Positions 31,605 through 41,422 are shown, counted from the first letter of the stretch. The stretch: DNA of 64,000 bases from an uncultured Verrucomicrobiae bacterium (GCA_963765205.1 CAVXVB010000009.1:288001-352000); one strand, 5' to 3'. Notes: generated from the letters alone by a model not told the origin. Program-made: numbers and translations.

Positions 31605-32672
31605 ATGCCCCGCCCCGGCGTCGAATTTTTTCACAGCGTATCGCCGTCCGCGCGCGTGCTCGTGCTCGACCTGGGTTTTCTGGGTGACACGATTCAGTTG
31701 ATTCCCGCGCTGGCGGCTGTCCGCCGCGCTTTGCCCTCGGCGCGGCTGGAGGTGATGGTCTCCGAGCATATTATGAGCCTGCTGGCGGTGTGCCCGTGGT
31801 TGGATGCGGTGCGCGGCTACCCACGTTTTCCCAAAGGGCCGCCGTGGTATAAGAATTTTGGCCGCGTGTGCGCCCTGCGGGCGGAGCACTACGACGCAGT
31901 CATCAACCTGAACGGCTCCGACCGTTCGAGCATTCTGACACGGCTGACGGGCGCGCCCTTGCGCCTCGGGCGCGTGCCGCCGAAGGTTTCGATGTTTTGG
32001 CCGCACTGTTTCACGCACACCGTCGAGGTTGCGCGCGGCACGCAGACGATTTATATCCAGCACCTTGCCGCCTTGGCGGCGGCGGGATTCCCGGCGGCGG
32101 CTCTGGCCGGCCCGGCGTTTCCCATTGAAATTCCGGAGACGACGGTGCAAAAAGTCGCGGCCCGACTGGGTGCGGAGCGCGCGTTTGTCCACGTCAGCCC
32201 GTTTGCGACGCAGGATGAAAAGGAACTGCCCGCTGACACGCTGGCCGATTTTTTGAACGCCGCCGCCGCGGCCCGGCCCGATTTGGCCTGGGTGCTTTCG
32301 ACCGCGCCCAATGAGCGTGAGCGCGCCAAGCTCGCCACGTTGCGCGCGAAACTAAAATTCGAACCGTGGAAAATCTTTCCCGGCGATTTGGATTTGGTGG
32401 AGTTGACGGAAGTGATGCGGCGCGCGCGGCTGCACCTCGGCGGCGATTCCGGCGCGCTGCACGTTGCGCTGATGGCCGGCACACCCACGTTGTCCTGGTG
32501 GCGTGATTATGCCGGGCGCGTCGAATGGATGCCGCAAGGCCCGCGGCACGCGGCGCTGGTGGGCCGCGCCGGGCCAATGGGCATCGAAGGAATCAGCGCC
32601 CAGAGCGCATTGGCCACGTTTGCCGATCTCCTCCAGAAAACCGAATCCCAATCCGGCGGGCGCGCAACATGA
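31605..32672 (+). CDS. glycosyltransferase family 9
   Basis: FLGDTI, GGDSGALHVALMAGTPT. Confidence 0.88.
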   Translation: MPRPGVEFFHSVSPSARVLVLDLGFLGDTIQLIPALAAVRRALPSARLEVMVSEHIMSLLAVCPWLDAVRGYPRFPKGPPWYKNFGRVCALRAEHYDAVINLNGSDRSSILTRLTGAPLRLGRVPPKVSMFWPHCFTHTVEVARGTQTIYIQHLAALAAAGFPAAALAGPAFPIEIPETTVQKVAARLGAERAFVHVSPFATQDEKELPADTLADFLNAAAAARPDLAWVLSTAPNERERAKLATLRAKLKFEPWKIFPGDLDLVELTEVMRRARLHLGGDSGALHVALMAGTPTLSWWRDYAGRVEWMPQGPRHAALVGRAGPMGIEGISAQSALATFADLLQKTESQSGGRAT

Positions 32673-33499
32673 AACTAAGCGTCGTCACTCCCAGTTTTAA
32701 TTCCCTGCGCTGGCTGCCCGACTGCGTGGCCTCGGTGCGCCACGCCGGGGCCGGGCGGGACTTCGAACATTGGGTGGTGGACGGCGGCAGTCAGGATGGC
32801 ACCGTGAAATTTTTACAAGATGACCCTGGCTTGCGCTGGCTCTCCGAACCCGACCGCGGGATGTATGACGCCCTGAACAAGGGGATTGCGCGCGCCACAG
32901 GGGAAATCATCGGCCACCTCAATGCCGACGAACAATACAACCGCGCCGGCCTGCAGGCGGCTCTGGCTCTCTTGGAAGAGCAGCCCCAACTCGACGCTGT
33001 CTTCAGCCCCACCGTCATGGTTGACGCCGAGGGCGGTTTTTTGCAGTTGTTCAAGCAGGTGGTGGTTCCCACTTTGGCCGATGCCGAATGGTGCATGCCG
33101 GTGCAATCCTGCTCGTTGTTGTATCGCAAGCGCGTGTGGGACCGGCTGCCCTACGATGCGCGTTTCCGCCTGGTGGGCGACCATGTTTGGTTTTATGGCC
33201 AGATGAAGCTCGGCCTGCGCCTCGCGGTGGTGGGCGCGCCCATCGGGATTTTCACCTGGCGGGCGGATAATTTAAGCAACTCCAACCAAAGCGAGGATGC
33301 CTTCGAGGGCCGGCGGCGCAACACCTGGAGCACTAAGCTGGCCAAGCATTATTACCGTTTGCGCAAACTATGGGCCGGCGGCTATCGGCGCGATCCGGTG
33401 GATTATGAAATCGCGCAAGGAGGGAACGTCCGCCGCATTCACATCGAACGGCCCGCGCTTAAACTTGCGCCCGAGCGGTTGCGCGGCCGGTCGTCCTGA
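32669..33499 (+). CDS. glycosyltransferase family 2, WcaE-like
   Basis: SVVTPSFN, VDGGSQDGT, EPDRGMYDALNKG, LNADE. Confidence 0.9.
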   Translation: MKLSVVTPSFNSLRWLPDCVASVRHAGAGRDFEHWVVDGGSQDGTVKFLQDDPGLRWLSEPDRGMYDALNKGIARATGEIIGHLNADEQYNRAGLQAALALLEEQPQLDAVFSPTVMVDAEGGFLQLFKQVVVPTLADAEWCMPVQSCSLLYRKRVWDRLPYDARFRLVGDHVWFYGQMKLGLRLAVVGAPIGIFTWRADNLSNSNQSEDAFEGRRRNTWSTKLAKHYYRLRKLWAGGYRRDPVDYEIAQGGNVRRIHIERPALKLAPERLRGRSS

Positions 33500-34399
33500 T
33501 TAGGCGTGTTTCTTGGAGACGGGCACGAGGGTGAGGCCCGGCAATTCCTGACGGCGAACCACCAACAGGCCGTCCACGGCGTAGGATTCCGCCGGAGTAT
33601 GCTCGGCCACGAGGGCGTAGTTATGCTCGCGCAGCAGAGCCAGGCAGGCGGTGTGGAGACTCTCCGAGTGGGTGGAGACGAAAAGGCAATCCACGCGGCG
33701 CTCGCGCAGCATCCGGTTCGCCCCGCGCAACATGGCCAGTTCGTGGCCTTGAATATCGCTGTGCAGCAGGTGGATGTGCTCGATCTGCAACCGGTCGGCC
33801 AGCCAGTCCACCGAAACCGTAGGCGCATCATAGGGATGGGTGCCATAATGATCGCCGAGATAGCCGCGAAAAAATTCGCCGGCGCAGCCATTGGTCGCAA
33901 AGTTCAGGCGGCCGGCGTTGAGGTTGGTCGCGCTGGGTTCCACCATGATATTGCGCGCCTGGGGAATCTGCTGATGGAACCAGAGCGAGTAAAACGCCCA
34001 ATAGGCGCCCAATTCGACCATGGTGGCGCCGGCCGGCATCTGTTTGAGCATTTCGGCAAAAACCCATTCCTCCTGGGGTTCATGCACGCCGCGGCTGGCC
34101 GCCAGCAGGCGCTGGGCGTGCCCCGTGTAATAGGAGCCGAGCGCGACGCGCACGCCGTTGTGCATCACTTGGTCGTGGCCGATAATGGCGCCCGCCTGGG
34201 GGTGGCGCGGCAACCGGCCCAAGTCGGGGCAGGCCAGCACATCGGCGATGCGATGGTCCCAATCCGCAGCTTCCGCCTTGGCGAGCAGCAGGGCGCGCAA
34301 ACGGTGTTTTTTTTCACGCCAACGGTCATGCGCGGACGACCCGCGGGGCGTCAGCGCGGTGAGCAAACGATACCAGGCGAGCTGACAGGCGGCATTCAC
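33500..34399 (-). CDS. FkbM-like SAM-dependent methyltransferase
   Basis: MVELGAYWAFYS, VEP, HSDIQGHE, FVSTHS. Confidence 0.75.
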   Translation of the reverse strand: MNAACQLAWYRLLTALTPRGSSAHDRWREKKHRLRALLLAKAEAADWDHRIADVLACPDLGRLPRHPQAGAIIGHDQVMHNGVRVALGSYYTGHAQRLLAASRGVHEPQEEWVFAEMLKQMPAGATMVELGAYWAFYSLWFHQQIPQARNIMVEPSATNLNAGRLNFATNGCAGEFFRGYLGDHYGTHPYDAPTVSVDWLADRLQIEHIHLLHSDIQGHELAMLRGANRMLRERRVDCLFVSTHSESLHTACLALLREHNYALVAEHTPAESYAVDGLLVVRRQELPGLTLVPVSKKHA

Positions 34400-34637
34400 G
34401 GGAGGGCGAGGTGGGGCGGGGACAAACAGCGCCGCAATTGGCGGCCAACAGTGATGGTTCTACCTGTAAATGCCAGTCGAAAATCAAGCCGTCACCTTGT
34501 CGTGGCTGCGGATCCGGGCTGAATTCGTCCAGTCCATGTTTCCACCACCCGGCGGAAATCCTTTTGGATTTGAGTTCTCCGGCCCGTCCCGGCAGATTCC
34601 CTTTCCGCCCGAATTCGATTCCTGGCCGGATTTCGTC

Positions 34638-35757
34638 ATGACCCCGCCCCTCCGCCCGCTCAAGTTGTATGCGGATCGAAATTATTTTCCACCCGGCGGC
34701 GAGCAAGTGCCGCTTTTGTTGCCTTTTTGGGGCGAGCAGTTGAGCAACTACTCCAATATCGAACTGGACGATCATCACGAACTGGAAACGCTCGGCGCGG
34801 AACTCTTTGAGCTGGCTTCGCTGGCGGAGTGCGACCTGGCGCTGTATCCCGCCTATTGGCGCGAAGGTGACGCCAATGAGCAGGCGCACCGCTTGGCGGC
34901 GCAAGCCAAAGCCGCGGGCAAACAGGCGCTGATTTTTTTCTGGAGCGATCTGGATGAACCCATTCCCGTGGATAACGCCATCGTTTACCGCACCTCGCTG
35001 ACCCGGAGCAGGCGGCGTCCAAACGAGCGAGTACCGCCGGCGCTGGTCAAGGATTGGGGGCTGGAAATGCACGCCGGGTCGCTGCGGTTGCGTGAATTCA
35101 GTTCGCGTCCGGTGGTTGGATTTTGCGGCTATGTGGCCAAACGCAAAAATGCGTTTCATAATCTGATCCATGCGGCTGCGGGCTTCGCTGCCGCTGGATC
35201 GCGCCTTGGCCCGGGTGGGCATCCGGCTGATTAAATCGCCCGCGGTGCGGCTGCGCACGCAGGCGGTGCGGTTGTTGCAACGCAGCCCGTTGTGCGGCAC
35301 GAATTTCCTCCTGCGCAGCGCCGGCTTCAACGGGGCCGTCGTGGATGGTCGTTGGGACGCGGAACTGGCCCGGCAGTCGCGCAGCGAGTTTTTTGACAAC
35401 ATGCTCGACAGCGACTACACGCTCTGTGTGCGCGGCGCGGGCAATTTTTCCCTGCGGTTTTACCAGACGCTTATGTGCGGGCGCATCCCCCTGTTGGTGG
35501 ATACCAATGGCGTATTGCCCGGCGAGGAATCCATCCCGTGGGACGACTACCTCGTGCGCGTCCCGGAGGCCGATTTGGCCTCGTTGCCCGAGCGCCTGCT
35601 CGCCTGGCACCGCCGGCTTAATCCGGAGCTTTTCCGGCAACGCCAGCAAGCCTCCCGCCGTCTGTGGGAGGAGCATTTTTCCGTGCCAGGATTTTTCCGC
35701 GAATTGAGCCGGCAGTTGCGGAAGGAATTGGCGCCAGCCAGGGCGGGTGAAGGTTGA
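34638..35757 (+). pseudogene. exostosin-family (GT47) glycosyltransferase, +1 frameshift at about 35167-35200
   Basis: VGFCG in the first frame; SDYTLCVRGAGNFSLRFYQTLMCGRIPLLV in the second; start uncertain. Confidence 0.75.
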
Positions 35758-35855
35758 ATATGGCCCAAAAATCCGACAAAAAAAGCGCGAGCACGCTTTC
35801 CGGGGAGCGAAATATGGTTGGCCCGAGCCTTGCTGCGTTTATAGTGTTGTTGCCC

Positions 35856-36551
35856 ATGCGGCTCCAGATTTTCCAGCATGTTGCCTTTGAGGGCCCCGGC
35901 GAAATCGCGAGCTGGGCGCGCGAGCGTGGCCATGAGTTGACGACGACGGCTTGGTATGACGGGGCGGGCGCGCCGGACTTGGTGGAGGTCGAGGGCCTGA
36001 TCGTGATGGGCGGGCCGATGAACATTTACGAGCACCGGTCGCACCCGTGGCTGCGGGCGGAAAAGGAATTTCTGGCGCGGGCGTTGGAGCACGGACGGCC
36101 GGTGGTGGGGGTGTGCCTGGGGGCGCAATTGCTGGCGGACGTGCTGGGTGGGCGCGTTTATCAGAATCCGGTGCGGGAGATTGGCTGGTGGCCGGTGCGC
36201 TGGCGGGCGGCGGCGCGGGCCACGCCGGGCTGGGATTTTCTGCCGCCGGTTTCGACGCCGTTGCATTGGCACGGCGACACGTTCAGTTTGCCGCCCGGTG
36301 CGCAATGGCTGGCGGAAACGGACGATTGCGCGCACCAGGCGTTTGCCTGGGGGCGGCTGGCGCTGGGCTTGCAGTTCCATCTCGAAACGAATGCGGCTGC
36401 GCTGGATGCGTTGATCAAAAATTGCGGCGATGAGTTGGCGCCCGGCGGCCCGCGCGTGCAAACGGAGGGGCAGTTGCGCGAAGGCCTGGCGCGCCAGCAA
36501 GGGGGGAATTTGCCGCTGTTGTGGAAGCTGCTGGATGCGTGGTTTTCGTGA
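35856..36551 (+). CDS. type 1 glutamine amidotransferase
   Basis: QHVAFEGPG, MGGPM, GVCLGAQL, HWHGDTF, LQFHLE. Confidence 0.92.
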   Translation: MRLQIFQHVAFEGPGEIASWARERGHELTTTAWYDGAGAPDLVEVEGLIVMGGPMNIYEHRSHPWLRAEKEFLARALEHGRPVVGVCLGAQLLADVLGGRVYQNPVREIGWWPVRWRAAARATPGWDFLPPVSTPLHWHGDTFSLPPGAQWLAETDDCAHQAFAWGRLALGLQFHLETNAAALDALIKNCGDELAPGGPRVQTEGQLREGLARQQGGNLPLLWKLLDAWFS

Positions 36552-36652
36552 CGATGCGGGAGACGGCTTTATGCTTGCGCGCGGGGCGGGGAAAGGTGAT
36601 AGTCAGCAACCCTCCGGCGCTCCGCGTGCCGGCGGTTTGGTGAAAATCACAC

Positions 36653-36745
36653 GGAGAGATGGCCGAGTGGTCTAAGGCGCTGGTTTGCTAAACCGGTGTA
36701 GTGCCAAAAGCGCTACCGAGGGTTCGAATCCCTCTCTCTCCGCCA
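36653..36745 (+). tRNA. tRNA-Ser(GCT)
   Basis: GGAGAGA/TCTCTCC acceptor stem, anticodon loop TT-GCT-AA, long variable arm, GGTTCGAATCC, G-CCA end. Confidence 0.97.
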
Positions 36746-37022
36746 GTTTTATAACTGGCTTTATTGCAATGAGATACATTAAACTTGAATCCTTAATTTT
36801 CGCAAAGTGACAATATAAATGACAATAATTTGCCTATGGAGAACATTGTCGCAGATTGACTTTTGACTAGCGCCTTAGACAGGATAAAAAAAATGTCCGT
36901 GGAGAGACGTGGACAACGCGCAAAAGACTTCGGCTTGAGCAAATCCGCCGCGGATTTGTCCCGACGAATCATGCCGTCAGGCAGGAACGGGTCAATGCCG
37001 TTCATACACAGCATTTGGGCAC

Positions 37023-37054
37023 AAAAAAACCTCCCCTGCATGATGGGAGGTTTT
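37023..37054 (-). terminator. intrinsic terminator-like hairpin
   Basis: AAAAC-CTCCC...GGGAG-GTTTT with a U7 tail on the minus strand. Confidence 0.55.
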
Positions 37055-37098
37055 GCTAACCTAAGATTGATACTATTTGGTATTATGTTTCTGACGCT

Positions 37099-37211
37099 TT
37101 GATGCTATACGTTCAACGAATATATTCTCTGACAAAATTCGGAACGGCAGGGGAGAGTTGATACTAGATCTTCAACGAATTTTTCTCTGACAAAATTCGA
37201 AACGGAAGGGG
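37099..37211. repeat. 59-nt-period tandem direct repeat (2 copies plus a degenerate partial at ~37067-37095)
   Basis: TTGATRCTA....TTCAACGAAT..TTCTCTGACAAAATTCGRAACGGMAGGGG at 37099-37153 and 37158-37211, about 47/55 identical. Confidence 0.8.
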
Positions 37212-37457
37212 CGCAAATCCGCTCTATTATCGGCGGGATGAGATATTGGCGAAGGCAATATGAAGACAGTCGGATATGTCTACTCTGGTCTTAATGTGGC
37301 AAGGCGACCTAAGACAATAATCCATATTTAACTGCTTGATTTTGAGGTGCTTGCGTCTTAACTTAGAACATGTTACAACTACCGCAGGTTGCTTCTTCAT
37401 GAGGGTCTTTCATGTGAGGAGTTTTCCGAGTTTGGGCGTCAAGCAGACTCCAAGCGG

Positions 37458-37486
37458 GGTTCAGCGCGACACGCTGGACCTTTTTT
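37458..37486 (+). terminator. intrinsic terminator
   Basis: GGTTCAGCG-CGACA-CGCTGGACC followed by T6. Confidence 0.65.
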
Positions 37487-37745
37487 GTAGCCTGCAATGC
37501 AACTAACAACTGCAATCACTATCGAACTGTCACAGAACGAATATCCAATTTCTTGGATTGCGATTACAATGCCATGACTATGTCCAAAAGTCAAACGCTC
37601 GTTTGGACAAGATATTCACAAATTCACTGAGTGTTTTTGTGAAGATCAGTGACTAATTTGTCGGCGACCCCCTTGGGGGAGGAACTCTGGCAAGGGGGAT
37701 GGGGGTGTCGGGGCAGCCGCTTCTTACCCCCTGTGGTCTTACACG

Positions 37746-37774
37746 AAAAAAGCCCCGCTTTCGCGGGGCTTTTT
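37746..37774. terminator. bidirectional intrinsic terminator
   Basis: A6-GCCCCGC-TTTC-GCGGGGC-T5. Confidence 0.85.
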
Positions 37775-37791
37775 CCTAGCTTTTGTAGAGA

Positions 37792-37965
37792 TTAGAACTC
37801 TGCAAGACGCTCACCCATGGCCTTGAACTTGTAGCCCGGCTTGATGGGCGAGATGCAATTGTTTCTTCTTTGACCAGGAAGGCCGGCGGGGGCCGGGGCC
37901 GTCCCGCCATGCGGGACGGCCTCCGGCCCGCCCCCGGCCAATCCACCGGAAGGCGCGGCATTCAT
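37792..37965 (-). CDS. putative 57-aa small protein (not in the ORF track)
   Basis: AAGGAGG RBS, ATG, MNAAPSGG...PIKPGYKFKAMGERLAEF, followed by the terminator. Confidence 0.35.
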   Translation of the reverse strand: MNAAPSGGLAGGGPEAVPHGGTAPAPAGLPGQRRNNCISPIKPGYKFKAMGERLAEF

Positions 37966-38036
37966 CGGGAGCCTCCTTGCGCCGCGGGTATCGAGAGCGG
38001 TCTTGCATTTTTGCCGAAATCCGCAATGATACGGGC

Positions 38037-38285
38037 ATGAAAGCCGCTCGACAGGCTCACGGTGGCCGCAGGGTTTACCATTCCGACCCGGAGATCATGC
38101 ATGGCGAAGTCGTGTTCGTCGGCACGCGGGTGCCCGTGCGCAGCTTGTTCGACCACCTGGAGCAGGGTTTCACGATTGATGGATTTCTCTATGACTTCCC
38201 GTCGGTAAAGCGTGCGCAATGTCTGGCCGTACTGGAGGAATCCAAGCAACACACGGAGGAGACGGCCCTTGCGCATACTCCTTGA
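38037..38285 (+). CDS. DUF433 antitoxin
   Basis: SDPEIMHGEVVFVGTRVPV..LFDHL..G.TIDGFL.DFPSV. Confidence 0.88.
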   Translation: MKAARQAHGGRRVYHSDPEIMHGEVVFVGTRVPVRSLFDHLEQGFTIDGFLYDFPSVKRAQCLAVLEESKQHTEETALAHTP

Positions 38286-38589
38286 TGAGAACCTGCCCTG
38301 GGCGCTGGGAACGTTTTTGCCCGGCCACGAATACAACACCGTGGTGCGCATGGGCTGGGGCGGCGTCAAAAACGGAAAGTTGCTGGCGCTGGCCCAGAAA
38401 CAGTTCGACATCTTCCTGTCGGTAGATCGTGGCCTGCCGTTTGAGCAGAACCTCCCCAAGTTCGACATCGCCATCTTTTTGCTCCGCGCGCGCAGCAACT
38501 CCTTGCCGGACTTACGACCGCTGGTGTCGGCAATTTTAATCGCGGCGCAACGGCCCCAGAAGCGCGCGCTGACCATTATTGAGCTTTGA
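38269..38589 (+). CDS. DUF5615 PIN-like toxin (VapC45-like)
   Basis: RILLDENLP, MGWGGVKNGKLL, SVDRGL..EQNL; TTG start overlaps the antitoxin. Confidence 0.85.
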   Translation: MRILLDENLPWALGTFLPGHEYNTVVRMGWGGVKNGKLLALAQKQFDIFLSVDRGLPFEQNLPKFDIAIFLLRARSNSLPDLRPLVSAILIAAQRPQKRALTIIEL

Positions 38590-38963
38590 CGGCTCATGGC
38601 CGGCCTCCTTGCGCCGCGTCAACGAGCGCGAGGATGGCCGCGCGGATATGCTCGGGTAGATTTGCCCAAGCCAGGACAACCTTGGACAGGGCTTCCCCAG
38701 GCTGGCCGGAACTTGGTGGTAAGGCGCGGGGTGGGGCCTTTTTCTGAAATTTTGCAATCTTGCCTCTGGCAGTTACTTCTGATTTTGTCCCGGTAGATTC
38801 GAACTCCGCCAGTTTACGATTTGTTGATTTTCACCCTGCGGGGCGATAACGGGTGCGGGGTCGGGGGCCTTCTTAATGGTTGCAAATTTCGCGGGGGGCG
38901 TTTCTTGTGGTTTTTTCCCGCCGAAATCGAATTCCGTAACAAATCCACGAAAGAGCATGCTTC

Positions 38964-40079
38964 ATGCGCGCCAAAATATCCGTCATGCTGTCTGAAGTGC
39001 TGTTTTCCGCGCTGCTGCTTTCGTCGCTCGCGGCGCAAACAACCAACGCCGGGCCGGCGGTGCCCGTCACGGGGTCCGGTCCGATTCACCTGGCGGGATT
39101 TTGGAGTTTTCGCATGAAAACGACGGGTTCGTCTACAGCGACCGCGATTTCACGAGCGGTTTGCGCCTGTCCTACACAACGCCGAATTATGCCGGACTGG
39201 TCGGCGGTGCCGCTGGTGCCGGCCTGGTATGGCGACTTTTTCGACGGCATCAGCTTCCTGGACGCCAGCACTGCGGTGGCCTCCGCCGGGGTTTACGCCC
39301 AGCAGAATATGTATACGCCGAACAACAATAACCTGAATCCGCCGGACCCGAACGATTACCCCTACTCCGGCTGGGTGGGTTTGGGGACGGACCTGATTCG
39401 GCAAACGGCGGATCGCCGCGCGATTTTTGAGGCCAACGTGGGCTGGGTCGGCCCGTATTCCGGCGCGGAAGATTTGCAAGATGCCTTCCATTCGTTGATT
39501 GGCTCCCATAAATTTCAGGGCTGGGACGACCAGCTCAAAAACGAGCCGGTCTTGCAATTTGCCTACCAGCAGGATTGGCGGCTGGCCGCGTTGTCGAACC
39601 TCAACGCGGCGACGCCGGGCTCGTTTTGTTACGACTTTATTCCGCACGTCCGGGCGACGGTTGGCAATGGCTGGGACTACGCGGCGGCGGGCTTCGTGGC
39701 GCGCTGGGGCTACCAAGTGCCGATGGATTTCGGTCCGGCGCGGATGCGACTCGGGGATATTGACAGCGCGCCCTATGCGGCGCCGGGCGCGGGGAAAAGT
39801 TCCGGCGGGGATTGGTCGCTGGACGCGCTGTCGGCCTATGTGTGTTTTGGCGCGGAAGGCCGGGCGGTGGCGCGGGACATCACGCTTGACGGCAACACCC
39901 TGGCCAACAGCGCGAGCGTGGTGCACAAGCCGTTCGTCGGCGAAGTTTACACGGGGTTGGTGACGCAATATAAGAACTTTCGCGCTTCCATGCTGTTCAT
40001 TTACGAATCAGACACCTTCGATTCGCAACCCCAGCCCGGCCAATGGCGCGGCGCTTTGACCCTGGGCTGGCAATTTTAG
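38964..40079 (+). CDS. LpxR/DUF2219 lipid A deacylase-like outer-membrane barrel, copy 1, with two compensating frameshifts (~39103 and ~39191)
   Basis: signal peptide, QQNMYTP, DYPYSGW, GWDDQLKNE, DITLDGN, terminal WQF; the HEND..DRDFTSG motif lies in a shifted frame. Confidence 0.82.
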   Translation: MRAKISVMLSEVLFSALLLSSLAAQTTNAGPAVPVTGSGPIHLAGFWSFRMKTTGSSTATAISRAVCACPTQRRIMPDWSAVPLVPAWYGDFFDGISFLDASTAVASAGVYAQQNMYTPNNNNLNPPDPNDYPYSGWVGLGTDLIRQTADRRAIFEANVGWVGPYSGAEDLQDAFHSLIGSHKFQGWDDQLKNEPVLQFAYQQDWRLAALSNLNAATPGSFCYDFIPHVRATVGNGWDYAAAGFVARWGYQVPMDFGPARMRLGDIDSAPYAAPGAGKSSGGDWSLDALSAYVCFGAEGRAVARDITLDGNTLANSASVVHKPFVGEVYTGLVTQYKNFRASMLFIYESDTFDSQPQPGQWRGALTLGWQF

Positions 40080-40179
40080 GGCTGAACGAGAATGCGCCGC
40101 TTGGGCAGTTTTTTCGAAACCGGTGTAGATTCGGGGGGCATGACAATTTCGACGCATGTGCTGAACCGCTGGCCAGACC

Positions 40180-40827
40180 ATGACTTTATTGGAATATATC
40201 CTCCTCGCCACGAGTTCGCTCTTTGTGATCGTGGATCCCTTGGCGGCGGTGCCGGCGTTTATCGCGATGACGCCGTCCAACACCCCGGCGGAGCGCGGCC
40301 GCATGGCCCGGTTGGCGGCGCTGGTGATGGCGGGGGTGCTGCTGGCTTTTGCCCTGGCCGGGCGGTGGATTTTCCGGTTTCTCGGCATCACCATGCCGGC
40401 TTTTGAGATTGCCGCGAGCATCGTGCTCCTGCTGGTGGCGCTCGACATGCTGCGGGCCCAGCGTTCGCGGGTGCTGGAAACGCGCGAGGAGACGGACGCG
40501 GGCATGGCGAAACTGGACATCGCGGTGACGCCCCTGGCCATCCCCATGCTGTCCGGTCCCGGCGCCATTTCGACCGTCATTCTGTTGCAGAACCAGGCGC
40601 AGAATTTGTCGCAGGAGGTGGGCTTGTGCGTCAGTATCTTGGCCGTGGCTGCGGCCACTTACACGATTTTGCGGATATCAGCGCACGGCATGAAATGGCT
40701 CAGCCCCATTGCCTTGAACATCGCCATCCGGATCATGGGGCTGCTGCTGGCAGCCGTGGCCGTCCAATTCATGATCAATGGCATTCTGGCCGTGCATTCG
40801 CTTTGGCTGGCCCAGCCCGCGGGGTGA
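40180..40827 (+). CDS. marC: MarC family membrane protein
   Basis: IVDPLAAVPAF, VTPLAIPMLSGPGAI, RIMGLLLAAVAVQF. Confidence 0.9.
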   Translation: MTLLEYILLATSSLFVIVDPLAAVPAFIAMTPSNTPAERGRMARLAALVMAGVLLAFALAGRWIFRFLGITMPAFEIAASIVLLLVALDMLRAQRSRVLETREETDAGMAKLDIAVTPLAIPMLSGPGAISTVILLQNQAQNLSQEVGLCVSILAVAAATYTILRISAHGMKWLSPIALNIAIRIMGLLLAAVAVQFMINGILAVHSLWLAQPAG

Positions 40828-40845
40828 ATTTGCGACAAACGCCGG

Positions 40846-41354
40846 TTACTCCTGGGGGCCTGCAATCATCATGGGCGTGGCGCCGGCGGAGGGCGGCGGA
40901 ATTTTGCGCACATTCACATGCGAAAGCAGTTTCCACCCGCCGCCGGTTTGCACAAAAACATCCAGGCGCGGGGTGGCTTCCTTCGCCAGGCGCGCGGCGG
41001 CAATCGTTTCGCCGACCTGGCATTGATAGGTCACCAATAGCACATCGCCCTGGCGCGTGACTTTGTAGTCGGAAAGAACATAGGGGGTGAGCTTGAGTTT
41101 GGCCACCAGCAGCCGTTCCGCCGCCCAGCCGCGGGCGCCATCCTCGTGCAGGCTTTGGAAGCCGGGGGCGACAAACTGGTCGAGATCCGCGATATCGGGT
41201 TGCGCAAAGTCCGCCCACAACTTTTCAACCTGCTGCTGGCCCAAGGCGTTGTCGGCGGCGCTGGTCGGGGCGGAGCCATCCCGCAGCGGAAGGTGACGTC
41301 CGCAGCGGGGCTGACGGCGAGCGCGAGGCTCAGGGCGATAATGAGTTTATTCAT
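40846..41354 (-). pseudogene. secreted NTF2-like/DUF4440 protein, frameshift near 41280-41300
   Basis: signal peptide MNKLIIALSLALAVS in one frame; LDQFVAPGFQS...RLDVFV..GGWKLLSH in another. Confidence 0.65.
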
Positions 41355-41422
41355 AAATTAATTATTTTCGGTGTGGGAATTAAACTTCAGTGGTTCCTGA
41401 ATTTTTTAACGGATCGCGCCGG

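Larger units (their letters stand above)
36746..38815. mobile_element. tRNA-anchored island remnant without integrase
   Basis: CTCCGCCAGTTT at the tRNA end (36738-36749) is repeated at 38804-38815, preceded by TTCGAA; low-GC interior; carries a TA pair. Confidence 0.55.

Noticed and set aside
36793..37102. Short ORFs after the tRNA as an integrase or toxin
   Set aside because: No tyrosine/serine recombinase or toxin motifs, and they overlap a terminator hairpin.
37099..37211. CRISPR array
   Set aside because: Only two units, the similarity spans nearly the whole period (no unique spacer), and no cas genes are in the window.
38775..38841. Additional regulon promoter at TTTACG 38813
   Set aside because: No palindrome 38 nt upstream and no -10 at 16-17 nt; it overlaps the att-like repeat instead.
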